Source: a virus
Length of the DNA: 64,000 nt
IMG/VR virus record: IMGVR_UViG_3300034103_001746
Location: 1 to 64,000 of that record
Reading direction: 5' to 3' (one strand)
Part shown: positions 1 through 7,341 of the stretch, one piece after another
How the letters are laid out: each line of letters opens with the position of its first letter
Position numbering within the stretch: the stretch's first letter is position 1
Made by a program: the position numbers and the translations under genes
Notes under the pieces: generated by a model
What the model was told of the DNA's origin: nothing
Databases searched by the model: none
The model's input: only the letters and a program-made list of their open reading frames with translations

Positions 1-141
1 TGCTTTTGAACTTGTGGGATTTTAATATCACCCTTTTGATAATCCTTCACCCCAGTATACACTAAACCAGCCATCGTCAATAGAATCCCTATCCATTGTA
101 TCATATTTGACCTCCTTGTCAAACGCTTTTCCATAAAAGAA

Positions 142-169
142 TTATCGGCCAACCACCACCCAAACTTTA
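142..169 (-). promoter_or_regulatory. sigma28 (FliA/WhiG)-like promoter
   Basis: minus strand TAAAGTTT-N12-GCCGATAA versus the enteric consensus TAAAGTTT-N11-GCCGATAA. Confidence 0.6.
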
Positions 170-171
170 GA

Positions 172-213
172 TGCCATTTTGGCAGATTGCTCGGGCGGCC
201 TGCCATTATGGCA
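172..213. repeat. Paired-palindrome element copy 1 (TGCCA-N3-TGGCA, 16-bp spacer, TGCCA-N3-TGGCA)
   Basis: tgccattttggca at 172, tgccattatggca at 201; 29 bp apart. Confidence 0.95.
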
Positions 214-454
214 GGGGATCATCGTCCCGCGAAAGTTCCCAGCCCGCCGCTCTTACAATACTTTTAGTAGGAATTACATTAGTGGTATTGTCTGCACTAA
301 CATAATCTCTATATCCTCTTTCATCAACATAAAAATACTCATCAATAATATCAAACTTATTAGTCATGACTAAACAAGCGATACTAGCCTCAAGAGCATC
401 TTTACGGCTAATAATAACTTCAAGAGTACCAGATTTTACATAAAACTTAGCCAT
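206..454 (-). CDS. hypothetical phage protein
   Basis: 82 aa ORF, GGAG RBS, tightly packed with upstream ORFs. Confidence 0.75.
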   Translation of the reverse strand: MAKFYVKSGTLEVIISRKDALEASIACLVMTNKFDIIDEYFYVDERGYRDYVSADNTTNVIPTKSIVRAAGWELSRDDDPLP

Positions 455-455
455 T

Positions 456-704
456 TTAACTCCCTAAACTAATTACAACAGTATTATCATACCTATCAAA
501 ATCTAACTCAATATTAAAATCATTATCGTCCAGAATAGACTGTAGTTGTTCCTGACTAATCAAAGTGTCATAGTTAGTACCAAAACTAATATCACTATTA
601 GAAACGGCATCAATTACATTTTCATAGTCTAATCCATTATGTTCGCAAACTTCCCGTAGATCGAGATATTCTTGAGTATAACTTTTCATAATATAACCTT
701 TCAA
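456..704 (-). CDS. acidic hypothetical protein
   Basis: D/E-rich 82 aa ORF overlapping the stop of 701-1405. Confidence 0.7.
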   Translation of the reverse strand: MKGYIMKSYTQEYLDLREVCEHNGLDYENVIDAVSNSDISFGTNYDTLISQEQLQSILDDNDFNIELDFDRYDNTVVISLGS

Positions 705-1405
705 TGAGCAGGAAACAATACGTTAGCCAAACCCTTGACGCACATATCACAACTGATACTATCTTTAGTACCAGTGCAAGTAATAACTGATCGACCACGA
801 CGAATCTCGGGACACGTTACAAACTTCTCTCCGTTCAACACAACAAGTTTCGGCAACTCTTTACGCCATGCTTCCGCCTTAGCCTTACTCTTAGGACGCT
901 TGGGGGCAATCTTCATATCACTGTCGCACCATGCGAACAACTTGAAACCTTGTGCCATAGCCTCGCCCATATCGTTATCATCATGGACACTAGCATACAC
1001 ATTCATATACTTTTCCAGACTCACAAGCCGACTATCATAGATATGAGTATAAAACCACATATCGGGCAGACTATCACCATCGGCAAGAATACTCTCACAC
1101 GCCCATGTCCAGTTTGCCAAATAGTCTAAGTCTAATTCACCGTTGAGAAAAAAGTCTCCTCTTTCGTGGATTCTAATACTTTTATTTCTACGTTTTGCGT
1201 CCACAATCATAGCACGAATCTTATGCTTCTCGGTAATAATGTTAGCAAAACCAGCGGTGCGAGCGTTCTTATACTGATTTTCGGTCGCTTCCGCATAGCA
1301 ACCATTATTGAGATAGTCACAGTCGCTCGGGCAAGTATCACCAACGGGCCGCGAAACCACAATGCAACCCTTACCCAACTTGTCGTTACCGTCTGCCGTT
1401 TTCAT
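701..1405 (-). CDS. GP88-like phage protein (Cys-rich, possible Fe-S/metal enzyme)
   Basis: TCPSDC..GCYA and IRIHERGDF motifs, C-terminal CP..C..CxxC; AGGAG RBS and own promoter. Confidence 0.55.
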   Translation of the reverse strand: MKTADGNDKLGKGCIVVSRPVGDTCPSDCDYLNNGCYAEATENQYKNARTAGFANIITEKHKIRAMIVDAKRRNKSIRIHERGDFFLNGELDLDYLANWTWACESILADGDSLPDMWFYTHIYDSRLVSLEKYMNVYASVHDDNDMGEAMAQGFKLFAWCDSDMKIAPKRPKSKAKAEAWRKELPKLVVLNGEKFVTCPEIRRGRSVITCTGTKDSISCDMCVKGLANVLFPAH

Positions 1406-1479
1406 CTTGTGTCTCCTATGCTAATGATTCTACATTAGAATATCGACTTGTCAAGAGAAAGAATCCACAAAATCTTAAC

Positions 1480-1521
1480 TGCCATTTTGGCAGATCGGCC
1501 GCGGAGCCTGCCGTTTTGGCA
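1480..1521. repeat. Paired-palindrome element copy 2 (spacer inverted)
   Basis: tgccattttggca 1480, tgccgttttggca 1509. Confidence 0.95.
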
Positions 1522-1528
1522 GGATAAA

Positions 1529-1600
1529 TAGCCCCAAGAGGAATCGAACCTCTAATCAGTGCTTAGAAGGCACTTGTTATATCCATTTAACTATGGGGCC
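1529..1600 (-). tRNA. tRNA-Arg (anticodon UCU), CCA not encoded
   Basis: GGCCCCA/TGGGGCT acceptor stem, AGTGC-CTTCTAA-GCACT anticodon arm, AGAGG-TTCGATT-CCTCT T arm. Confidence 0.95.
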
Positions 1601-1653
1601 ATAAAATACCGATAGCCGCCAGTGCGTCCACCAGCGGTCTATCGTGTATTATA

Positions 1654-1911
1654 TCAGGCAACAGCCTCCGCTTCAACCTTCGTAGTCTTAGCCTTATGAC
1701 CGTCACCGGCTTCCTTGACGCTCACACCGAACTTGCGATTGCGGGCCACCTTCCAGCCCTGCTCGCTATAGTCCTTGATACCCTGGGCCTTGACCACCAC
1801 AAGAGTACCATCGGGCAGACCATCCGCAAGAGCCTGACGAATCGTATCCTCAACCACTTCCGTATCAAGACTATCCGACGCAACAGCAACAGCAAAATCA
1901 TAAGTACGCAT
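1654..1911 (-). CDS. hypothetical protein (likely start MRTYDF)
   Basis: ORF downstream of promoter 1956-1984; hairpin at about 1610-1644 follows the stop. Confidence 0.7.
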   Translation of the reverse strand: MRTYDFAVAVASDSLDTEVVEDTIRQALADGLPDGTLVVVKAQGIKDYSEQGWKVARNRKFGVSVKEAGDGHKAKTTKVEAEAVA

Positions 1912-2096
1912 AGTAAAAACCTTTCCAAAAAGAGTAATCAACCACAACTAAACGAATCATACATCACTTATCGTCACTCGTCAAGTGCTAGGTTGAACTT
2001 TTTCTGTGTTGGAGTCAACCAGCGTCTTGTCGTGTGATAGTATCATTCTACACTAAGTATCGGCGTTGTCAATCGCCATCGTGAATATTTTTTGGG

Positions 2097-2138
2097 TGCC
2101 ATTTTGGCAGCTTTCGCGGCCCCACTGCCATTTTGGCA
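2097..2138. repeat. Paired-palindrome element copy 3
   Basis: palindromes at 2097 and 2126. Confidence 0.95.
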
Positions 2139-2152
2139 GATAGGGTTTTAGG

Positions 2153-2530
2153 TTATGAGAGATAACCCTCACAACCCTTTTCCGTCAAATCTCGGAGCAG
2201 ATTCTCAGCCGCTTCGGGGGTGCTGAGAGTGATGCTGTTCTTCGTACCATGAGTGGCAGGAACGAACGTGTCATACTTCCATCCACCAACCAGAACGTCA
2301 CTCCAATCCTTGGCTTCCTTCAAGCCCCATCCAGTGTGGAGTCGGATAGCCTTGATGCAGTGAATACGATTATCAAGATTCATACCACCAGTGATGGTAA
2401 CGGTCTTGTTCCTATTCACCTTAAGAGCATCTTCAAAGGCGAGAGTGATCTTGTCGTAAATCGTATCGTAGGACTCAATTTTGGAAAGAATCCACAACGC
2501 CTCACGAACACTCAGTTCCAACTTAATCAT
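2153..2530 (-). CDS. protein with ribosomal bL12 (L7/L12) C-terminal-like domain
   Basis: RIHCIKAIRLHTGWGLKEAKDWSD resembles the bL12 CTD motif KIxVIKxVRxxTGLGLKEAKxLV; ends ..EAAENLLRDLTEKGCE like the bL12 C-terminus. Confidence 0.65.
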   Translation of the reverse strand: MIKLELSVREALWILSKIESYDTIYDKITLAFEDALKVNRNKTVTITGGMNLDNRIHCIKAIRLHTGWGLKEAKDWSDVLVGGWKYDTFVPATHGTKNSITLSTPEAAENLLRDLTEKGCEGYLS

Positions 2531-2531
2531 T

Positions 2532-2951
2532 TCAAATCCTTTCTTCCAAAATATAAACTTGTTTGCCGTTAGTCAGTAGAGTAGCGTACTCTGTACCGTC
2601 CCAAATAAACTCGTTGCTATCGCTTTCTCGTCGCCAGAACGGATCGCGGATTGGATTATAAAACAACTTCTCAAGATTGTCAATAGGTAGAGCAGGATAA
2701 AAATCTTTGCGAAGCATAACTTCTTCACATCTTACCCATCCACTCACATCATGCACACCAGCCTCAAATACCTGTTTAGCCTTATTCGGCCTATTCCACA
2801 GTTTGCAACCCCTCATTTCCAACTGATATTCAGCCGGATCATAGTAGTATACATCAACAGTCTCACCACCCTGCTTCACTTTCACTTGCCAAAACTTATA
2901 GTTTGGCCCATTACTAAGGTGAAATCTAACTTCTGCATGAAGATTTTTCAT
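2532..2951 (-). CDS. hypothetical phage protein
   Basis: 139 aa ORF coupled to 2153-2530. Confidence 0.75.
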   Translation of the reverse strand: MKNLHAEVRFHLSNGPNYKFWQVKVKQGGETVDVYYYDPAEYQLEMRGCKLWNRPNKAKQVFEAGVHDVSGWVRCEEVMLRKDFYPALPIDNLEKLFYNPIRDPFWRRESDSNEFIWDGTEYATLLTNGKQVYILEERI

Positions 2952-3016
2952 TGTCCATCACTTTATTGGTGTATACTGTAGTATAGTGCTTACCATCTTA
3001 CCACAAGGAAAACCAT

Positions 3017-3487
3017 ATGTCAATACCAGAAACCAAAGTCTGTGCAAAATGCAAGATAGAGAAATTGGCTAATGAATATAGTATAGTTAAAACAAAAAGA
3101 GGCAAATATAATCCGCATTTAAATAGTCGTTGTAAATTATGCAAAGCAGAGGATCAAAAGAAACATCGTAAACCATATGATCCAAATTATGCTTTACCGT
3201 GGAAAGCCAAAAATCCAGATAAAGTTAAAAAATACCAAAAAGATATTTATCAAAAAAGAAAGTTACGTTGGGAAAACTTTATGAAAACACAAAAATGTAG
3301 TAGATGCGGAATATCTGATTATCGAGTCTTACAATGGCATCATATTGATCCATCAACTAAAACTATGACAATAGGAGCCCAAGCAAGACAAGGAAAATGG
3401 AATCAAATCATGGAAGAAGTCAAAAAATGTATTTGTGTTTGCGCTAATTGTCATTTTATTCTACATTCAGAAGAAAACTACGAATAG
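3017..3487 (+). CDS. HNH homing endonuclease with Zn-finger CxxC motifs
   Basis: CAKC..CKLC N-terminus; CSRC..QWHHID..CANCH HNH core; AAGGA RBS. Confidence 0.85.
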   Translation: MSIPETKVCAKCKIEKLANEYSIVKTKRGKYNPHLNSRCKLCKAEDQKKHRKPYDPNYALPWKAKNPDKVKKYQKDIYQKRKLRWENFMKTQKCSRCGISDYRVLQWHHIDPSTKTMTIGAQARQGKWNQIMEEVKKCICVCANCHFILHSEENYE

Positions 3488-3729
3488 TATTCCTCCACTA
3501 TTTCGTCTCCATTGTAAATATATCCAGCATATGGTACCAAACATTCAACTGTAATAAGTCTATCTGCTGTTACATCATGCTTATAAATACTGTCACTATC
3601 CCCACCATACCATATAACCAGCCGCCTACCATCTGCTAAGATAGCATCATAAACAAAACAATACTTATAATATCCACTAAATTTTACTTGAACTTTACCA
3701 TACTTATTGTAGAAGTCAGTCTTATTCAT
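3478..3729 (-). CDS. hypothetical protein (possibly leaderless)
   Basis: ATG 6 nt downstream of -10 box 3736-3741. Confidence 0.7.
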   Translation of the reverse strand: MNKTDFYNKYGKVQVKFSGYYKYCFVYDAILADGRRLVIWYGGDSDSIYKHDVTADRLITVECLVPYAGYIYNGDEIVEEYYS

Positions 3730-3771
3730 ATTTCTACTATACCTTATCGACTATCTCTTGTCAAGACCATT

Positions 3772-3826
3772 AAACTTTCGCTGACTATCGCCAAGACCAC
3801 CAAATCGGAAGGATTAGGAAAAACAA
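3772..3826. repeat. 55-bp upstream element copy A (copy B at 8862-8916)
   Basis: 45/55 identical without gaps; both lie 7 bp upstream of a TTGACA -35 box. Confidence 0.85.
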
Positions 3827-3959
3827 GGTTGGCTTCCGCCATACTCGACCAGCATTTCAGATAGCCTCTTTTGATATCATTGTGGCTATCCCCAAACCTT
3901 GCTCATTAAGTCTACCATAAGTATCGGCATTGTCAATACCAATCTATAAAAAAAGATTC

Positions 3960-4001
3960 TGCCAATTTGGCAGTTTTCGCGGCCCAGGTGCCATTATGGC
4001 A
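3960..4001. repeat. Paired-palindrome element copy 4
   Basis: palindromes at 3960 and 3989. Confidence 0.95.
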
Positions 4002-4114
4002 GTTAATCGTTTCCGATATACCACCAATGGCATTGTTGGCAAAATAACCAGATAAGCCCATTCTGGTCATATTTCCACACCAGAACATCACACTCTCCAC
4101 ACGGACAAATATCA

Positions 4115-4282
4115 CTAAGAGTTTTCAAGCACAAGCCTCACATATTTATCCACAAGTTCTGAAACAGCAATTTCATGGGTGCTAATAAGCGTCTTTGCTT
4201 TATCTCTATGAAACTTACTCGCCGCAGTCATACGAGAGTTAAAAAAGTTAATCAAATAAACGATAGCATCATCACGGGTCAT
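4115..4282 (-). CDS. small hypothetical protein (likely start MTRDDA)
   Basis: follows the stop of 4287-4547. Confidence 0.55.
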   Translation of the reverse strand: MTRDDAIVYLINFFNSRMTAASKFHRDKAKTLISTHEIAVSELVDKYVRLVLENS

Positions 4283-4286
4283 ATCA

Positions 4287-4547
4287 TTAGTTGTCATTAG
4301 GATAATCCTTTGGGTATTCACTTTCTGGTCGTGCTGGTTTAGGTTGCCCCTCATATGGCATCCACCACGGAGCATCCATACGATCTACAACTCCGGGTCT
4401 TTCTTCACAAATTAGAATATGAGGACTTACCAAATCATTAAGATGAATCTCATATCTTCCTCTCCACACTCCAATATCTGGCCCAAAGTAATAAACCTTC
4501 TGGCCGTTAATAGGGCGTCGAGGGCCGAAAAAACTAATCCATTCCAT
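4287..4547 (-). CDS. hypothetical protein (MEWIS...WW type small phage protein)
   Basis: 86 aa, overlapping operon arrangement. Confidence 0.7.
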   Translation of the reverse strand: MEWISFFGPRRPINGQKVYYFGPDIGVWRGRYEIHLNDLVSPHILICEERPGVVDRMDAPWWMPYEGQPKPARPESEYPKDYPNDN

Positions 4548-4734
4548 TAGTGCTACGCACCTTTCTTAGAATAGCATTGTCGTTGACCTCTAACAGTTTG
4601 TCAAGCAACTTAGATTGCATTTTTTCAAACTGTTGCTTGTTACCATAGTACCAACCTTCTCGAATATTTTCATATACAAGATTCAATACATAGTTAAGTT
4701 CAGTCTTAGTCAGTTCAAGGGTTTCAGTTTTCAT
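4534..4734 (-). CDS. hypothetical protein
   Basis: TAATG coupling with the upstream ORF. Confidence 0.7.
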   Translation of the reverse strand: MKTETLELTKTELNYVLNLVYENIREGWYYGNKQQFEKMQSKLLDKLLEVNDNAILRKVRSTNGMD

Positions 4735-4928
4735 TACCAGTTCTCTGGCATAGGAATATCACCAAGATACATATAATATGCAACTTCATTACTATCAAGA
4801 GTGTCCCAATGGTCGTGTTGATAACCCCAAGAAGAACCATCCCAATATAGTTCACTAGGCTCTTTATTACCAATAATAGCACAAAGATAGTAGCCCATAT
4901 CAATAGGTTGTCCACAATGCCATTTCAT
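4734..4928 (-). CDS. hypothetical protein
   Basis: TAATG coupling on both sides. Confidence 0.7.
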   Translation of the reverse strand: MKWHCGQPIDMGYYLCAIIGNKEPSELYWDGSSWGYQHDHWDTLDSNEVAYYMYLGDIPMPENW

Positions 4929-5107
4929 TAGTCTAAGTCCTTAAGTTTGTCCTTTGAACACATTTCCCTTTTCTTATCATTATGCAAACGGTTATCTCTG
5001 CAATACTTGCACGATCCATGATTACGACAACTAGAGTCAAACCTTTTGCTCTTACGATACTCTTTACGCTTCTCTTTACCAGACTTAATGCTCTTATCAA
5101 GACTCAT
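4928..5107 (-). CDS. small basic protein with CRNHGSCxYC motif (absent from ORF track)
   Basis: 59 aa MSLDKSIKSGKEKRKEYRKSKRFDSSCRNHGSCKYCRDNR..., translated by hand. Confidence 0.7.
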   Translation of the reverse strand: MSLDKSIKSGKEKRKEYRKSKRFDSSCRNHGSCKYCRDNRLHNDKKREMCSKDKLKDLD

Positions 5108-5433
5108 ATAAATGTACCATATATTCTAGAGTTATGATATAAGTTCTAAACAAGTTCCCAAAGTTACTTCTCTAAGTAAAACAACCATTTTACTACAAGC
5201 ATCATCTATTTTTATGAGATTATAACGATTCCTTTTACCAGATCTTACCCTACAAATGAGATAAGTGCAACAATTGTGATTATCAACAATAGTTTTATAT
5301 ACGCTAGTAATCATTATTTCCACCTAAAAGTAAACTTAGTAGCCTCATTATCACAAACGAAAGTAAAGTATGCTAAAAAGAACATGGTCAAAGATGGGAA
5401 GAACAAAACTATTTTACGAAAGACTCTCATATT

Positions 5434-5637
5434 CTACTCTACAGTTTCACTAATGTCAATATCTTTTATCGGAAACCAACCACTCCACCCATCACTTTTA
5501 TTTTTCATAAGAATAGCATCTTCACCGGGCCAACAAGATACGGCCCGTGTATTCTGCTCAACTTCCCAAAATCCCGGATGACGTTTTAGCCGTTCTTTCG
5601 TCCACTTTCGTGCGTTTTGTTTTGCTGTAATTTTCAT
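5434..5637 (-). CDS. hypothetical protein (possibly leaderless)
   Basis: ATG 6 nt downstream of -10 box 5644-5649. Confidence 0.65.
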   Translation of the reverse strand: MKITAKQNARKWTKERLKRHPGFWEVEQNTRAVSCWPGEDAILMKNKSDGWSGWFPIKDIDISETVE

Positions 5638-5695
5638 AGTTGTATCCTACAGTTTATTATCGGTTTGTCAAGAGAGAAAATCCATAAAAAATATC

Positions 5696-5737
5696 TGTCA
5701 TTTTGGCAGATTGGCCGCGGAGCCTGTCATTTTGGCA
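5696..5737. repeat. Paired-palindrome element copy 5 (TGTCA variant, spacer inverted)
   Basis: tgtcattttggca at 5696 and 5725. Confidence 0.9.
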
Positions 5738-5738
5738 G

Positions 5739-5813
5739 AGTACCGACCACTGATAGTTTTACGAACAGCCTCTCGGTACTAATCCGTTCAACCTTAGTTA
5801 AGGAAACTATCAG
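5739..5813 (-). ncRNA. putative structured RNA: 3-way junction plus 8-bp pseudoknot
   Basis: 10-bp closing stem 5804-5813/5750-5759; hairpins 5792-5803 and 5763-5789; loop 5773-5780 complementary to 5739-5746. Confidence 0.65.
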
Positions 5814-5967
5814 CAGAATTGTAACCAGCGGAATCTTTTACGCCCCGATTCCTATAACCCACACGATTGCCCCTTGTCAGGATCGGATGGAAACCGCCCA
5901 CGGAAACCTTCCTAAGATTGGTCATGACTCAATCCGTCTGGCTCTTGGTGACGATTACTGATTGTAT
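5814..5967 (-). ncRNA. putative multi-stem RNA module
   Basis: GTAATCG/TGGTTAC closing stem; GATTG/CAATC, GGAA/TTCC and GGAATC/GATTCC hairpins; GU pairs valid on the minus strand. Confidence 0.5.
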
Positions 5968-6030
5968 TGTATATGGCAACATTTTTAGCCTATCACAGAT
6001 GATGGAAGGGCGAATATCTAGGAATCATTA

Positions 6031-6240
6031 CTAGTGTTTGTCCACAAAAGTCATTCTACCATCATTCCAACTAAAGTCAAGATCAAAGGCAGTGGCAATA
6101 TCATCCACAAAGACCATATCACCACTATCGCTTTTAACTACCATATGCCCAAGTTGAAAACCACTACCACTATCAATATCTCTTAGTTGGATAGAGTTAA
6201 GAATTTTTATAATGTCATTTTTAGTAAAAGTTTTATTCAT
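6031..6240 (-). CDS. hypothetical protein embedded in the RNA array
   Basis: 69 aa with GAGGTG RBS. Confidence 0.7.
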   Translation of the reverse strand: MNKTFTKNDIIKILNSIQLRDIDSGSGFQLGHMVVKSDSGDMVFVDDIATAFDLDFSWNDGRMTFVDKH

Positions 6241-6358
6241 AATTATAAATCACCTCATGGTATTGATCGTGGTGAGGACGCGATCCCACATAGATTAGCA
6301 CTACTAGCACATAAGACCGATTCATCTGGCTCTTAGCGACGGTTACTGATTGTATCTT

Positions 6359-6434
6359 ATCACACGTCTATGCGGCATTGCAATGTCTAGGTTTTTAGGC
6401 CACGCATAGTAAAGGATATCTCCAACGTGTGATT
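6359..6434 (-). ncRNA. putative structured RNA module
   Basis: 9-bp ATCACACGT/ACGTGTGAT closing stem enclosing a CTATGCG/CGCATAG stem; strand inferred from neighbours. Confidence 0.5.
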
Positions 6435-6441
6435 GTATTGG

Positions 6442-6625
6442 TCGTGGTGAGGACGCTATCCCCCATAAACTGGTATTTCTATCCAACGTATAACCCCGTT
6501 GGCAACTCCCCCAATCTTTCAGAGAAAGTTTATCGAAATAGGTTATCCCAGTCTAGTCCCAGGCATGGACCCACGAAAGTTTGTCATAGTACGCTAGGTT
6601 TAGTGCTGCTTCTCTATCCTAGCAC
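6442..6625 (-). ncRNA. putative ornate RNA domain: 4-way junction plus pseudoknot
   Basis: stems 6571-76/6442-47, 6567-70/6556-59, 6548-55/6466-73, 6535-40/6474-79, 6524-28/6516-20, 6497-6502/6483-88, 6618-23/6593-98; loop 6490-95 complementary to 6541-46. Confidence 0.7.
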
Positions 6626-6647
6626 GGCTTAGTATGATGTTATCTCT

Positions 6648-6762
6648 GGCACTCAACCGCTATGTTTGTATGGTGGAGATTTTTGTTATTCTCACTAGGG
6701 CTAACTCCATCCCCTAGATCAGTCGGGAGCGACCCGATCAACGTCTCTTAAATATTGTGCCA
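6648..6762 (-). ncRNA. putative structured RNA starting at promoter 6765-6792, with H-type pseudoknot
   Basis: GGCAC/GTGCC ends, TCGGG/CCCGA hairpin, CTAGGG/CCCTAG hairpin whose loop TGGAG (6705-09) matches CTCCA (6674-78). Confidence 0.5.
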
Positions 6763-6918
6763 CCAATATAGCATACGTTCTCTTTTTGTCAAGAGGCAAT
6801 TGGCCGAGTCGAACGGCTGGCATGTGATCATCATGCAACAAGGTTACTTGTTCGAAGTCCCACTTCGCGTACTATCGCCATGTGCCACCAATATAGCATA
6901 CGTTCTCTTTTTGTCAAG
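6756..6918 (-). repeat. Perfect 38-bp direct repeat (6756-6793 and 6881-6918), a duplicated promoter
   Basis: tgtgccaccaatatagcatacgttctctttttgtcaag twice; reads TTGACA-N16-TATATT on the minus strand. Confidence 0.95.
6794..6879 (-). ncRNA. atypical tRNA-like RNA (long acceptor stem, long variable arm, shrunken anticodon loop)
   Basis: GGCGATAG/CAATTGCC acceptor, CGAAGT-GGG-ACTTCG, AACAAG-TAAC-CTTGTT, GCATG-N7-CATGC, GCCG-TTCGACT-CGGC. Confidence 0.7.
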
Positions 6919-6964
6919 CGTATAACACCGAATGAATCGGATTTTCGTTGGTGGCTTTGTATTG

Positions 6965-7099
6965 TTAGGGACGGATGGATTCGTTGATGCTATGGCGTCA
7001 CAGGCATCTGCCTCAGCCCGCGCTCTCAACTTGACCATCTACTCTACTACCAGCATAATATTGCATCGGGAGCCATTCACATGGCCTAGCAGTCCCTAA
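6965..7099 (-). ncRNA. putative ~130-nt structured RNA behind promoter 7098-7125
   Basis: TTAGGGAC/GTCCCTAA terminal stem, GCCAT-GTGA-ATGGC GNRA hairpin, GATGC/GCATC stem. Confidence 0.55.
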
Positions 7100-7139
7100 T
7101 GTATTGTCAATGATCGGCTTGTCAATCTTAAAAATCCAC

Positions 7140-7229
7140 AAAAAAGTAACGGTTGTCTCTTTACCCTAAAGGCGAGAGTTGGTTTTACCCGACAACTGGG
7201 TTGTGGCCTCCACTTTGCCAGCGTTACTT
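7140..7229 (-). ncRNA. putative ~90-nt structured RNA behind promoter 7235-7262
   Basis: AAGTAACG/CGTTACTT terminal stem running into a T-run; CTGG/CCAG, GTGG/CCAC, GTTGTC/GACAAC and CTTTA/TAAAG stems. Confidence 0.6.
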
Positions 7230-7288
7230 GTTGTATTCTACACTCTAGTATCGGCCTGTCAACAGGGGTTCTTGAAAAAATATTGAGC

Positions 7289-7304
7289 AGCAAATGCTGT
7301 GCCA
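7289..7304 (-). promoter_or_regulatory. sigma54 -24/-12 box overlapping a palindrome
   Basis: TGGCAC-AGCAT-TTGCT. Confidence 0.7.
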
Positions 7305-7341
7305 ATTTGGCAGTTTTCGCGGCCGGTCTGCCATTTTGGCA
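7300..7341. repeat. Paired-palindrome element copy 6
   Basis: palindromes at 7300 and 7329. Confidence 0.95.

Noticed and set aside
6265-6345. Pistol-ribozyme-like pattern on the plus strand (hairpin loop TGAGG with CTCTTAGCG)
   Set aside because: P2/P3 and the GU cleavage site could not be built, and local promoters point to minus-strand transcription.
6648-6879. tmRNA or tRNA-Sec call
   Set aside because: No UCA anticodon, no G3-U70 alanine acceptor with CCA, and no tag reading frame seen.
6844-7038. 64-aa ORF and other short ORFs across 5617-7305
   Set aside because: They run across promoters and the tRNA-like fold without a convincing RBS; structured RNA explains the sequence better.
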